Origin: Malacoraja senta
Taxonomy: Eukaryota
NCBI GenBank assembly: GCA_038087875.1
Contig: CM075988.1
Span: forward strand, 20,028,001-20,092,000
Direction of reading: 5' to 3'
DNA: 64,000 nucleotides
The position numbers and the translations under genes are program-made. A model generated the notes under the pieces. The model saw nothing but the letters and a program-made list of their open reading frames with translations. It searched no databases and was not told where the DNA came from. Below are positions 37,150 to 48,883 of this stretch, piece after piece. Every line of letters begins with the position of its first letter. The stretch's first letter is position 1.

Positions 37150-40100
37150 CACTTTCGCCTTCTAGCAAGCATAACTAGGTTATTAATCTTATTAAAACAC
37201 TGGTTTTAGTTCAAAGTCGTACCGTGTGCACCAAACCCTTAAAATCAGGCATGATACCCAATATATAGTCCAAAACATAATAGTCCAAAGCTTTGATAGC
37301 ATGAAACGTCTTCCTCCATGTCCGATCACCTCATGAATGTGTGGTAACAGCAATGTTGAAGTGTGAAAATCCTTCAAAAGAATAACAGGATCTTAAGCAA
37401 TAAAGTTCACTGTTAGGTTTGATTTAATGTCCGGATCATTAGCAGAGATTTCAAATCCCAGCTCAAGCTTTGGCCATTCTCTGCCTGGCTTACAGAGAGA
37501 TTTTAGTTCTTTGATCCATCTCTTCTCGCTTAAGTAACAGTTCACTGTCAGTTCTCTGGAAACTTCATTTGCAGGATTTTCTTCTGTGTTAACATATTTC
37601 AGTTGTACAACATTAGTAACTCCCAATGCTCTTTCCATTGCCAGATCGACTTTGTCCAAATCCAACTCTCTGGTTTCTTTGGTTCTATCATCTAGTGGAA
37701 TGCTTTCACAATTGTCACTGTTCCACTTGGAAAGTGTGAATCTTCCCTTATTGCAAAGAGAAGTCAGATGTTCTACTGGTTGAATTGCTTCCTGCTCAGT
37801 AGACATGGATTTTAAGCAATCATCCTTGTAGAAATTATTCTTCAAAGAGATTCTTACTTCATGAAATTTAGTATTCTCATCAAACTTGCGTTTCAAAGTC
37901 TGGGTACGTTGCTCTGTCTTACGACGATTATTCGGCAGACTAACACTTTCTTGTTTGAAAGGTAAGTCCACACAATAGTGTCCGTCAGTTTTCACTGAGT
38001 AGTTCATAATATCCATGAACTTCAACTCTTCATTCGACATCTCTTCAGATTCCTTGCTGGTACTTTCCTTGAAATCGTGATTGTATGGCTTCATCACCGG
38101 CTTTTCTAATTTATCAGTAGATATTTGATTAACAGCAATGATAGGATAGTTCTTCTGATTCCTGTTTTCGTGGTTCCTTTTCAAGGAGCCATAAATAACC
38201 CATCCAAGTCGGGTTTTCGTAGGATACGGTCCATCACCTTGGATCCTAACAATCTGTATAGGTTCCAATGCCTTCAAAACATTTGTTCCGATCAGTAGAT
38301 CAACAGTCGAATTTATTTCAGATAACTTGACATCCTTCAGGTAAAGCCATTGTTTCAAGTCTTCATGTCTTGGTATATTTTGATGACCAACAGGCATAGT
38401 TCCATGTGTAAACACGTCAGATATTGGTATGAAATTATCTTCGTCCAAACTGGATATCTCCATACTCGTAATGTAATGACTCATGCTCTCTTTATCTTTA
38501 GTCATGGTACGTAATCGAATCTTAGTCTCTTCTGTGATGTTCAGCCTTCTCGTCAGGTTTTCTGTACAAAAGGTAATCAAACTTCCGTGATGCAGAAAAG
38601 CATGTGTTTGCAACACTGTATTCGTCTTGCTATTCCTTACCTGTACTGGTAAGATAGAAAAATTACAAGCTTCAACCCCGGCCCCAATATGAGCAGTTAC
38701 TTGAGGCAAGGTGATAGCATCACTAGTAGTTGGCTTCTCCTTCTTTTCTGTTTGCTCTGGTTCATCTTCTTCTATTTGCTCTGATAGCTCATCATCCGTT
38801 TGTTCCAGTTCTTCTTCCCAATACTCTGGTAGCTCTTCTTCAGCGTGAAGTGCTTCAGGATGATATTGCCTGCACTTATAACAAATCATAGGACTCTTAC
38901 AGTCTCTCACCATATGTTCTTTTTTCAAACATCCAAAACCGATTCCCTTCTCTTTCAGGAAATCTATCTTGTCTTTATATTCTTTCATCTTGAATCTTCG
39001 ACACCATCTTATGGTGCGACCAACTTCATCACATAACAAACAAAATACTATTTGCTTGCTAGTAGAGACATTTATTTTCATTCCATCTGTCTTTTCCACA
39101 GGTCTGGTTGTGATAGCAAAACTACTTCTCATAGGTTCTGAACTTTCTTCAGTTTCAGTAAAGGTAGAACCTTTGTTAGTTGCAATCGGTTTGTAATCTT
39201 CAATCGTCCCGTAGTGTGGCTCTAACATGTACCATACTTCCCTGTCCAAGAATTTCACCAGGTCTGGTAGCCTGGCTACTTGGTTCTTCTCATCTCTTAT
39301 TTTGCCTGCTTCGTCTCTCCACTTTTCTCTCAGTCTTCTGGGCAACTTGCTATTGATGATTCTAGTATTACTTGCATGATTCATTTCCTCCATGTGGACG
39401 AGATTTCTCATCGAGCTGCAAAAAATCTCTCAGAAATATTGCATAATCACTCAATGCTTCCACATCTTCCGGCTTGATTCCTTTCCAAGCATACATGGGC
39501 CTTCTCCATGTATGCGTTAGTTAGCAAGTCTCTGTTCATCACCAAAACGTTCTTTAAGTAATCTTCTCGCCTTTTTATAGCCTTGCTCTTTCTGACAACT
39601 TTCTACAAGTACTTTAACACTTCCACTTGTGTACTTCACCAGAATTCGTAAGCGCTCTTTTTCATCCGTAACTTTTGTTTCTAATACTTCCTCTAATGCC
39701 CTTACAAAAGCTACATACTGCAAAGGATCTCCACCATACGTAGAAATTTCTACTGGTGGTAGGATGAGAGAAGTATTTTGTCGAGCTATCAATTCGGTTT
39801 GATTTTTCACCAATGCCATTAACCCATCCTGATAACCTTGGCTTGGCTCCACCTGTTGATAAACAAGCCTCTGTGATTCAAATTGGCTTGCTCGAGCCTG
39901 TGCACCAGTCCTCGAAAAAGCGTGGTCCGCTATTGGTTTATCTCGAGCATCCACAGATGCTCCAATAGTAGTTGGTTTCGATCTAGCACTCATTTGCTGA
40001 GATGGTTTCATTCATCTTCCTCTGTTCCAATGGGTTTTCAAAGCCTAGAAATCCGATGGACCTCGATTGTGAAATTGATCCAACTGCTAATTCAATTAGA

Positions 40101-41600
40101 GCAGTTTTTCTTCTTGGTCCTGAGCTCATTGTCTTCGATGATCTAGAGCTGCATCTTGACCCCTCACTTTTCAGTAGCTCCTCCTTTGCTTTGGCCACCG
40201 CCATCTTTGTGTCCATTTCCAGTTGTTCCTTTCATCGCCTCAGCTTCTCTTGCTGTCGCGTCATCTCTTCTTGCTTATGTCGCATCTCTTCTTGCTGTCG
40301 CGTCATCTGTCACGTCATTTCTTCTTGTTCTCGCTTCATCTGTCGCGTCATCTCTTCTTGTTCTCGTGTCATCTGTCGCGTCATCTCTTGATCTCGCGTC
40401 ATCTATCGCGTCATCTCTTCTTGTTCTTCCTCAATCTCATGTTTCTTCTTCATGGCATCCGCCTCTATTGAGAGAGCAGCTAGCTCAGCTTTAACTCCCA
40501 ATCGAGCAGAAGCCCTTGATACCTAACTGGCTGAAGAATCAGATTTATGTCTTGAGCTATCTGAGCTGCTACGGCAGCCTCTGCTGCTGCTGTCGGCTTT
40601 TTTGGCCGCAGACTTTGCAGGCAGTGAAGAAGTCGTGGCCTTTGCCATTCGTAGTTGGGCTACGGGGGTCTTCAACTGAGGCACTTCGTCGCTTGAAGAT
40701 TCTTCAGTACTTTCAGAATCGGACTCGCTATCCGAGCTGGTACCAGCCTCCTTGGCCGCAGGCTTCTGAGTGGCAGCAGCCGCCTTGGCCAGCGTGGGGC
40801 CAGCTTTCGTCTGTGCAATTGTTGTGGCAGATTTTAGGGGTGCGTCTTCATCACTACTGTCTGAGCTGTCATCTGACAAGTCACAGATTTCCATTTCACT
40901 TACTCCTGCGTCTAGTTTCTTCTTGGTCACGCCTGCTTTTCCATTCTGAACTTTGGGAGATGGTACAGCACTATACAAACCTTGTGCTTTGGGTTTCGCA
41001 GGGGACTCATCATCTGAACCGTCAGACTCTTCACTGCTTGAACTTTGAACTTCTATTCTGGCACCTTCCAGCTACTAAGCTCGTAAGTTGTGACATAATT
41101 TCAGAAAACCACTTCTCTGCCTTTTTCATGAAACCAGTGAATATCTTCTTCTTGTCTTCAACCCACTGGGTGTGTCTTCTGCGTTCTTCCCAAGACGGCT
41201 CTGAACACAGCAGTACATCTTGTTTCTTGCCAACCTCCTGGCAGAGGTTCAATAGTTGGCTCATATTAGATTTCACTTTGATCACGTTCTGTTCTGATTC
41301 TATTCGTTTCTTCTGTTTCTCAATTAATCTGGTAACCTGTTTCCACAATTCGTTACTCTCCTTCTCGGTTTCTCTAATGCTGGTAGTATGTGTATTATCT
41401 GTTTCTTCTCGATACACAAGTTTTCTGTAGCTATCAATGGATTCGTTAACTGGTTCCCATATTGAGTTTTCCTCTTTCTTAGTTTCTTTAAGTTGTCTAA
41501 TTGGTCTTTCATCACCATCTCATGGTTCATCTGGCGTGGCTCTTTTTTCTTCTTCTGGATCCATATTTTAAAGAGGTCTTGGCAGGTCGTCAAGTCTTTA
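37150..41600 (-). pseudogene. Degenerate BEL/Pao gag-pol (gag, zinc knuckles, protease, deleted RT/RNase H/integrase)
   Basis: ORF pieces 41324-41593, 41031-41417, 40523-40978, 39983-40216, 39517-40011, 37393-39411 and 37192-37377, separated by stops and frameshifts; protease motif reads FLHHGS (catalytic Asp lost). Confidence 0.88.
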
Positions 41601-42246
41601 CATTTAACGAACAGAATCCTCTGCTTGTAGTTCCAATTTTATTTTGACAACATTTCTTTTCAGAACCATAACATACTGATAATGTAGAGAACATCTCTCC
41701 AACATCCATGTGCTAAAAGATGACGATAATTCAAATGGCATGCGTATCAAAGGATTCATAACAATCCAAGGTCGTTCTACTTTCACCAGACAAGTTTGAA
41801 AAAACACCTTCTGACTCTGTTACAGAAGTCGTTTAAAATTAAAGCTTCGCAGCTTCAAATTCAAAGAATAATAATCGATTTCTACTCACAAATCCTGTGA
41901 TATTGACCAGATAAGTCTTGATGCTGTCGATAGACCTCCAGGCCTTCTCTGGCCGAGATCTATTTTCTTCAGTTCCTCCTGGAACCAATCTTCTGGTTAA
42001 AACCTCTCCGAGAATCTTAGCCAAATCTTCTGTCCCAATCTCTGGGACTGGTATTTTCTTCAGTTCCACGGCTGCAACCAGACATCTGGCTGAAACCTCT
42101 CCGAGAATCTTAGCCAAATCTTCTGTCCCAATCTCTGGGACTGGTATTAAACCCCCCTGCCGGAGGTTCCCTTCGAATTAATCTTCTGTCCCACTCTCTG
42201 GGACTGGTCTTTAACCCCCCCTGCCGGAGGTTACCCTTCGACTTAA

Positions 42247-42745
42247 TGAAGCAGCCGATTTTTATATCGTTCGAGAAATTATCCCTCTAGCCACTAAATG
42301 GATGAGCATGGTTAAGGGGAATATCTTTGAAACGGATGCGAGCTCACCCACAGAGACCTTCAGAGCTTCTTCACAGATAAATCTTCAAAACACAGTCTTT
42401 TGATTAATAAGTTCTTTATTGTTGATGAAAACAATAAGGTACATCCAAACTTCTTCCGACTCGTTACTATAATCGAACTCCAGCTTATTACATAAACATT
42501 AGAAAACTCCTCGTGTCTCCATTACACTTCGCATGATCTCCTTTACACCTCGCATCGTCGAAGGGTAAACCTTCTCCATACTCGCTCCAAACTAAACTAA
42601 AAACTAAACTTCTGCGCAAGCTACATAGCCCAAAACACGCCCAAAAATACGTCATGAATCCCACCCACAATATAACGGGTAGTCTACCATTTAAAGGCAC
42701 ATGCCATCATCAATGACATGCAAAACAAGCCAAATGGCCACGACA
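42247..42745 (-). repeat. 5' LTR of the BEL/Pao element (499 bp)
   Basis: Direct repeat of 33506-33889 plus 36771-36901. Confidence 0.9.
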
Positions 42746-43219
42746 ATGAGTAGAAAACTTCTCATTATCTTGGTATAAAATAGCAACTTTAGAGGCCCTT
42801 ACACTATGCATATGGCTCAATTTAAGGAATCCCATAGCAGGGGGAGCATCCTTCTATTTGTTACCTCCTCAAAATCATGTATATTACTAATATCTAAAGA
42901 AAGGAGATTCAGAGATCATTGTCCCAATCTGCTCATTGTCCCAATCTTTCTTCTTACCAACCCTCTCATTTTAGCACAATCTTTTGTTTTACTTTGTAAT
43001 ATTTTACAGAAGTATTGTCTAGGGTACAGATTGAATTCACTGCTATTATTCTTTCTACAAAATAAAGTGTGCCTACATCCTCTCATGAAATACTTTTGTA
43101 TTTGATCAATTTTCATACATTTAAACACATATCCTAAATGTGGTTCACATAACAAAATAATATTAATTCTAACATTTCACATTAGTTTTTTGCAAATGCA
43201 TAAATCTATCATATTTATA

Positions 43220-43232
43220 TCTATATACTTTC

Positions 43233-43289
<57 letters not shown>

Positions 43290-45001
43290 TGCGTGCGTGC
43301 GTGTGTGTGTGTGTGTGTATGTGTGGGTGTCATTTTGCCTTTGAAACGTATCTCCTCGAAAACCAGATGCCGAAACGGGGAAATATTTCAGTAGAGATTT
43401 TCCTTGTGGTTTTACAAATCCTCTGTACATTTGGTACATTATTTTCCCGACTTTTTAATTAAAATTGTTGACCAATTGATGACCTTTTTTTAAAAATCTG
43501 ACCGTTGCCCAGCTGCTGACGTTACAATAACAGTGAAATTTTTACATCTTCTGGTAGAAATGTTCCTTATGATTTCAAAAATCCATTCCTTTGTAAATTT
43601 GGTTAATTATTTCACGAGTTACTTACTAAAATTTATCACCAAACTGACTTTTAAAAAATATAACGGTTGCCCAGCTGCTGACCTCACAATGCCTTTTCTC
43701 GTGGCCCATCTCGCTCGTGGCCCCGCCCCCCCGCTGCTCTGGATTAATGCAGCTGCTGTCAACGCGCATGCGCAGTTTTCCACGAGTTACGTTACCCCCC
43801 CACCCCCCGTTCTTCAAAAGGCGTAGAAAGAACGAGAAAGTTCTGCAGATCTCGAAGCCACTAGCGCTCACCGGCGCTCACGCGCTGAAGAACTTTCTTT
43901 CTCCTCGCGGCTGGCGCAGCTTGTGAAGCCACACCCCTCCCCCCACCCGCTCACTCCAGCTGTGGGTTTCCAGAGAGTCAGGCTGGTTTTCTCTCTCTGC
44001 TTTACGCAGCCCACTCACTCGCCCGGCTCCCCTCCACCTCCCCCCCCCTCCTCGTCTCACCTCCTCCCCTCTCCTCCCTCCCTCTCTCCCCTCTCCTCTC
44101 TACCCGTCACAGGGGACAACCTCCTCTCCATCTCCCCGGCCCGATCGTCTGTAACGCTGGTGGGTGGGCTTCCCCTCGCGGAAGCCACTATCGGCCGGTC
44201 GTCTGCTGCTTTTGGCAGTCCTCAGCAAAGAGCCTATAGCTCGCTATAGGATCTTTGGTCCTCAGATCGCTCCGGGCCTCGCTCGGGCCCCCGCGAGCTG
44301 CCGCCCCGCCTCAATCCTCTCTCTCTCCCCCACTCCTCTCTCTCCCCCTCTCTCTCTCTCTCCCCTCATCCCTCTCTCCCCCTCTCTCTCCCACTTCCTC
44401 TCCCCCACCCTCCCTCTCCTAAACCCCCTTCCCCCCTCCCATCCACACCCTCCCCTCCACCCCTCACCCCCTTGCCCTCCCCTACCCCCTTCCCCTCCAC
44501 CCCCTCCCCATCCCCTCCACCCCCTCCCCTCCACTCCCCCTCACTTCCCCCCCTCAGCCCCCCTCTCTCTCACCCCCTCTCTCTCACCCCCTCTCCTCCC
44601 CGCTCTCTCCTCCCCCTCCTCCCTCACCCACCCTCCCTCTCCTCCACCCCCTCCCCTCCACCCCCCTCTCCCTCTGTCTCTGCCCCTCTCTCTCTGTCTC
44701 TGCCCCTCTCTCTCTGCCCCTTCTCTCTCTGCCCTCACTCTACCCCCTCCCTCTCTAGATGCACCTGCGAGTTGGGGGCTATGCACCAGTGGATAGGGCG
44801 GTTATGGGGTAAAAGGAGCAAATTAATAATATTAATATAATATCAAGGGGGGTGGTTAGCGTGCGTGCGGGGGTTAGTTAGTGTGTGAGTGGGGGTGGTT
44901 AGTGTGTGTATGTGATGCCGCATGCCGCCCCTTCCAAACCCCCCCCCCCCCCCCAACTGCGCGTTGGGGCAACAGAGCCAACGGGTCTGCACTTGGTCTA
45001 G
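43220..45001 (+). mobile_element. Non-autonomous Helitron (copy 1 of a head-to-tail pair)
   Basis: A|TCTATATACT 5' end; hairpin CAGAGCCAACGGGTCTG then CACTTGGTCTAG|T; internal (GT)n and C/T-rich tracts. Confidence 0.8.
43238..43325 (+). repeat. (GT)n/(GCGT)n microsatellite
   Basis: Seen directly. Confidence 0.95.
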
Positions 45002-46180
45002 TATTATTATAAAACTCTGACCTTGGTTGTTTACTTGTGGGGATGCTTGCTTGAACTTTTTCTTTGACTCACATCTCCTCGAAAACCCAATGCGGTAATC
45101 GTGAAATGTTTACATTTTCCGGTAGAGATTTACCTCATGATTTCAAAACTCGCCTCATCTGTAAATTTGCTTCATTATTTCCCGTTTTTTTTACTAAAAT
45201 TGTTCACCAATCTGACATCTTTTTTAAAATCTAATTGCTGAAACGAGCTGGATGATGTCACAATGCCTTTGCTCCTCGCGGCATGCTGCACAGAATTTTC
45301 AACGCGCTGCCTGCTGGGCACTATTTTCCAGGAGTGACATCACCACCCCCTCGCGCCTCGGTTCGGGTTTTCCGAGAGAACCCAAGGGCGTCCGCAGCGC
45401 CCAGCCCCACCCACAGCCCAGCCGCTGAACACGAACTACGCTCGCGACAGAATTCGAGATAACCCGAGGAGCACCTGAATGATGATGTCGCAAAGAGCTC
45501 TATGACCTGGGTAGGTGCTGCCTCCATCCCTCCCCCTCCCTCTCTACCCCCTCCCCGGGGCAGAGAAAGAGAGAGGGGGCGGAAGGGGGGGTGGAGGGAG
45601 GGGGGGAGAGGGGATGGAGAGGGAGGGGTGGATGGAGAGGGGGGGAGTAGGGGAGGGGATGGATAGGGGGAGTGGGTGGGAGAGGGTGGAAGAGGGGGAG
45701 AGGGAGAAAGGGGGAGGGAGACCTTCCTCTCTGTCACCCGCACTCTGCCCCCCTCCCACTTTGCCCCCCCTCCCTCTCTGCCCCCCCTTCCTCTCTGCCC
45801 CTTCCTCCCTCTCTGCCCCCCCTCCCTCTCTAGGGAGTGGTGAATATTGGGACCTATGGGTGAGTGGTTGAGTATTGCGTTTGGGAACCAGCCCTCCCCT
45901 GTGATGCCGCCCGCCACCCCCCCATCCCTCAATCTCTACTCCCCTCCCTCTCCCTCTCTACCGTCCTCCCCTCCCTCTCCACCCTCCCCCCCCCCTCTCT
46001 TGCCGTGCCTGCGCAATTGTGGGTTATGCGTGAGTGGATAGGGTGGGGGATGGGGTAAAAGGAGCGAATTAATAATATTAATATAATATCAAGGGGGTGG
46101 TTAGTGTGTGTGTGGGGTGGTTAGTGTGTGTGTGACGCCGAAGGCCGCCCCCCCCCCCCAACGGGTCCCCCTTGGTCTAG
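45002..46180 (+). mobile_element. Non-autonomous Helitron (copy 2), abutting copy 1
   Basis: Shares the 5' block (…ATCTCCTCGAAAACC…GTAGAGATTT…) and the 3' block (…GGGGTAAAAGGAGC…CCAACGGGTC…CTTGGTCTAG|T) with copy 1. Confidence 0.75.
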
Positions 46181-47934
46181 TAATAGAATGAAAGTCAACT
46201 ACTATAAATACAGGATATTTCATTTAGTTAATGGTTAGACCTACCCCAAGAAGAAGGTCTAAGTTTTGAACAATCGAACAAAGACTCAAGGATGTAAAGA
46301 AACTTTCACTCAAAGTACATAAAATTATTTTACAAGGCCATTGAATGGCATTGAGATTGGCTGTGATCAGCTGTTACGTCACGGATTTGCAGTCATACAA
46401 TATGAAAACATGCCCATTCACCCATGGTGATTGCACCAACTATTAAATGCTAATGCACATTTTTTTTCCAAATCTTGGCCTGTAGCTTTCAATAAAACTG
46501 CAGAGCTGTGTCAATAGAGACATTTTGTTCTGCTTACTGGCATCTGCAAGTCCGTCATGACATCACAGCCAGGCACAGGCAGCAGCTGCTTGTCTGCAGA
46601 CCCGAGGTAAAGGAAGTAGGAGTGATTTACTCCTCATGGACAGAAGGCTTGTTTAAAGGATACCCACATTCCCCTGTCATTGCATTCAAGTCGAGTTTAC
46701 TGTCATATGCACAAGATACTGGTACAATGAAAATCTTGCTTGCAGCAGCATCACAAGCACATAGACTCAGTGGCCTGCTTGTGCATCTCTTTGCTGCATT
46801 GAGGGGCTGAGTCCAGTGGGTAAATATCTCAAACAAAAGAAGGGGTGTCGCCACAGGAAGCTGTATGTGTCACATGGTGGTACGTACAAAACAGGGATGT
46901 GTTAAATCAACCATGTATTAAAAAAAACACATGAGACCAACACTAAGAATGTATTAAAAAAGACACAAAGTTCTGGAGTAATTCAGCAGGTCAGGCAGCA
47001 TCTCTGAAGAACATGGATAGGTGATATTTCGGGTCGAGACCCTTCTTCAGACTCAATTGGTAACATTTTGAGTCGCGACCCTTCTTGCGCCATTTTGTGT
47101 ATTAACTAACATCTGCAGCACTGTAGAATGTATTAAGAGTTTTGCACTTTTATTATCTATTGTGTTTTACTTTGACTAAAGTTAATTTTGAATCTTTAAA
47201 AAATCTGTGCAGCCAATTTCATGCAGTTTATTCTAAGGAACTGTGTTTGCTGGAGACTGCAAGCAGGATTGAACACTTAGGCTTCACACTTAATCGCATT
47301 GTACAGGCTGACGCTGCGTGGCCAAAGTAATCCCACACTCATCCCGTTAATGGGATAAGCACCCAGAAATAGGGATCACCTTGTGCTGTGCCCGGTCAGG
47401 CAATTAGGGCAGATCTCTTCGGTCAATTCCGAAACTCTCCCCAAAGATCAGGGCACCAGATCAGGTTATGGTCACATACACCTGGGTGCACTGAAAGTCC
47501 TGGTTCACATAACGCTTGCAGAGCATACAGTATACCTAGTTTCAAACAGCACGGAAACATGCCCTTTGCCCCAAATCGCCCATGCCGACTAAGATTTCCC
47601 GTCTAAGCCAGTCTCATTTGCCTGCATTTGCCCCATATCCCTCTAAACCTTTTCTATGCGCATACCTGATCAAGTGTCTTTCAAGTGTCTTTCAAGTTCC
47701 TTTCAAGTGTCACCTGCTAATGTGATGATAAATACAATAAACAGAATGACAAGTGCAAAACAGCAGAATGGTGCAAGATTGTTGTGAAATCCAAAAAAAA
47801 GGAACAAGATGTTTTTGTTTTTAAAATAAATGCAAGACATTTGAAGCAATATTCCATACTCTTAACAAATATATCAAGCATGTGCAGAATTTATATTGTG
47901 GGTGAAAGCATTTAGGGAATGATTTTGTTTCAGT

Positions 47935-48450
47935 GCGATTGATTTATTGGCTTATTAATTTGATATTGAATTAATTTGATATTGATTTGATACTGAGGCA
48001 TTATTAATTTGATTTATTGATTTGATATTAACAATACTGATCTTGAATTTATTAGTTTGATTTTGATTTTGATTTGTTATTGATTTGATACATAATTAGT
48101 TTATATCATAGATTTTATTTATTGGTTTGATAGTGATTTATTAGATTCGTTACTGATTTATTATTCGTTTGATGTTTAATGTTTTATGTGTCATTCTTAA
48201 TTATTTCTGTATGTCATGTTGTTACTTGCGAGCGGAGCACCAGGGCAAATTCCTTGTATGTGTACATACTTAGCCAATAAACTTATTCATAAACCTATTC
48301 ATTTATTTGATTTGATACAATTAGTTTATATCATATTGATTTTATTTATTGGTTTGATAGTGATTTGTTATCGATTTATTATTAATTTGATATCATATTC
48401 TTTTTTTTTTATTGATTAATACTGATATGTGATAATTTGATATGGATTTG
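47935..48450. repeat. AT-rich (ATTGATTT)-type low-complexity region upstream of the HSPA8 promoter
   Basis: Seen directly; includes a direct repeat at about 48083-48138 and 48310-48366. Confidence 0.7.
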
Positions 48451-48599
48451 TTAGCGGGCAATGTCCTGCAGGCGAGTTCGATGGGAATCGGTGCGGGAGC
48501 GAGTTTTAGATGTTTTAAACATCTCTCCCTGTGAGATCTCGCCCTGCGATAATGTTTAGACATCTCTCCCTGTTAACCTGTGAGACTCACTCGCTCTCC

Positions 48600-48830
48600 G
48601 CCCGCCGCCATCGAGAAAGTTCCAGCTCCTTCCAGACGCTTCCATCGCCAGTACGCGCGTCGCCAACCGCCCCTCCTGCCGCCGGCGACCAGCCGCGCTC
48701 CCATTGGCTGCCCGCACGCCAGCGGGGCGGGGCTTCGTGACGAGCCCTCGGCGGACGCACATCTGATTGGCCGGGAGGTGCCGGTCCTTTCCAGAATCTT
48801 CTGGCGGCCGGTTAGGTTGCGCACATTGAG
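48600..48830 (+). promoter_or_regulatory. HSPA8 promoter, CpG-rich: imperfect HSE 48614-48643, inverted CCAAT 48703-48707 and 48766-48770, GC box 48724-48733, perfect 3-unit HSE 48788-48802
   Basis: tTTCc-aGAAt-cTTCt; aGAAa-gTTCc-aGCTc-cTTCc-aGACg-cTTCc; ATTGG x2; GGGGCGGGGC; no clear TATA box. Confidence 0.85.
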
Positions 48831-48883
48831 AGCGGCGAGGCACAGACACTGGGATATCATCGGCGGTGCTGCTGAAGCAGGGA
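48821..48883 (+). other. HSPA8: HSPA8 non-coding exon 1 (start approximate)
   Basis: Donor GTGAGT at 48884 just downstream of the promoter; the exon 2 acceptor lies 5 nt before the ATG, as in vertebrate HSPA8. Confidence 0.6.

Larger units (their letters stand above)
33506..42745 (-). mobile_element. BEL/Pao LTR retrotransposon, internally deleted and degenerate
   Basis: TG…CA LTRs at 42247-42745 and 33506-36901 (the latter interrupted). 5-bp TSD ATGAG at 33501-33505 and 42746-42750. BEL-type gag (…ISTYGGDPLQY…), three Cys/His knuckles, protease region, YKDD RT remnant. GGGCCGGTA PPT-like site next to the 3' LTR. Confidence 0.93.

Noticed and set aside
40516..41430. 304-aa + strand ORF
   Set aside because: Antisense shadow of the BEL gag/Nopp140-like region; no recognisable domain.
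41930..42246. CRISPR-like repeat/spacer appearance (also 26480-26940 and 10020-10110)
   Set aside because: Eukaryotic DNA, no cas genes, and the repeats are internal to transposons without unique spacers.
43825..43900. HSE-like GAAnnTTC motifs in the Helitron upstream of HSPA8
   Set aside because: Only two contiguous pentamers each; HSF1 trimers normally need three.
43878..46058. Many Pro-rich or Gly/Arg-rich ORFs
   Set aside because: Artefacts of C/T- and G/A-rich low-complexity tracts inside the Helitrons.
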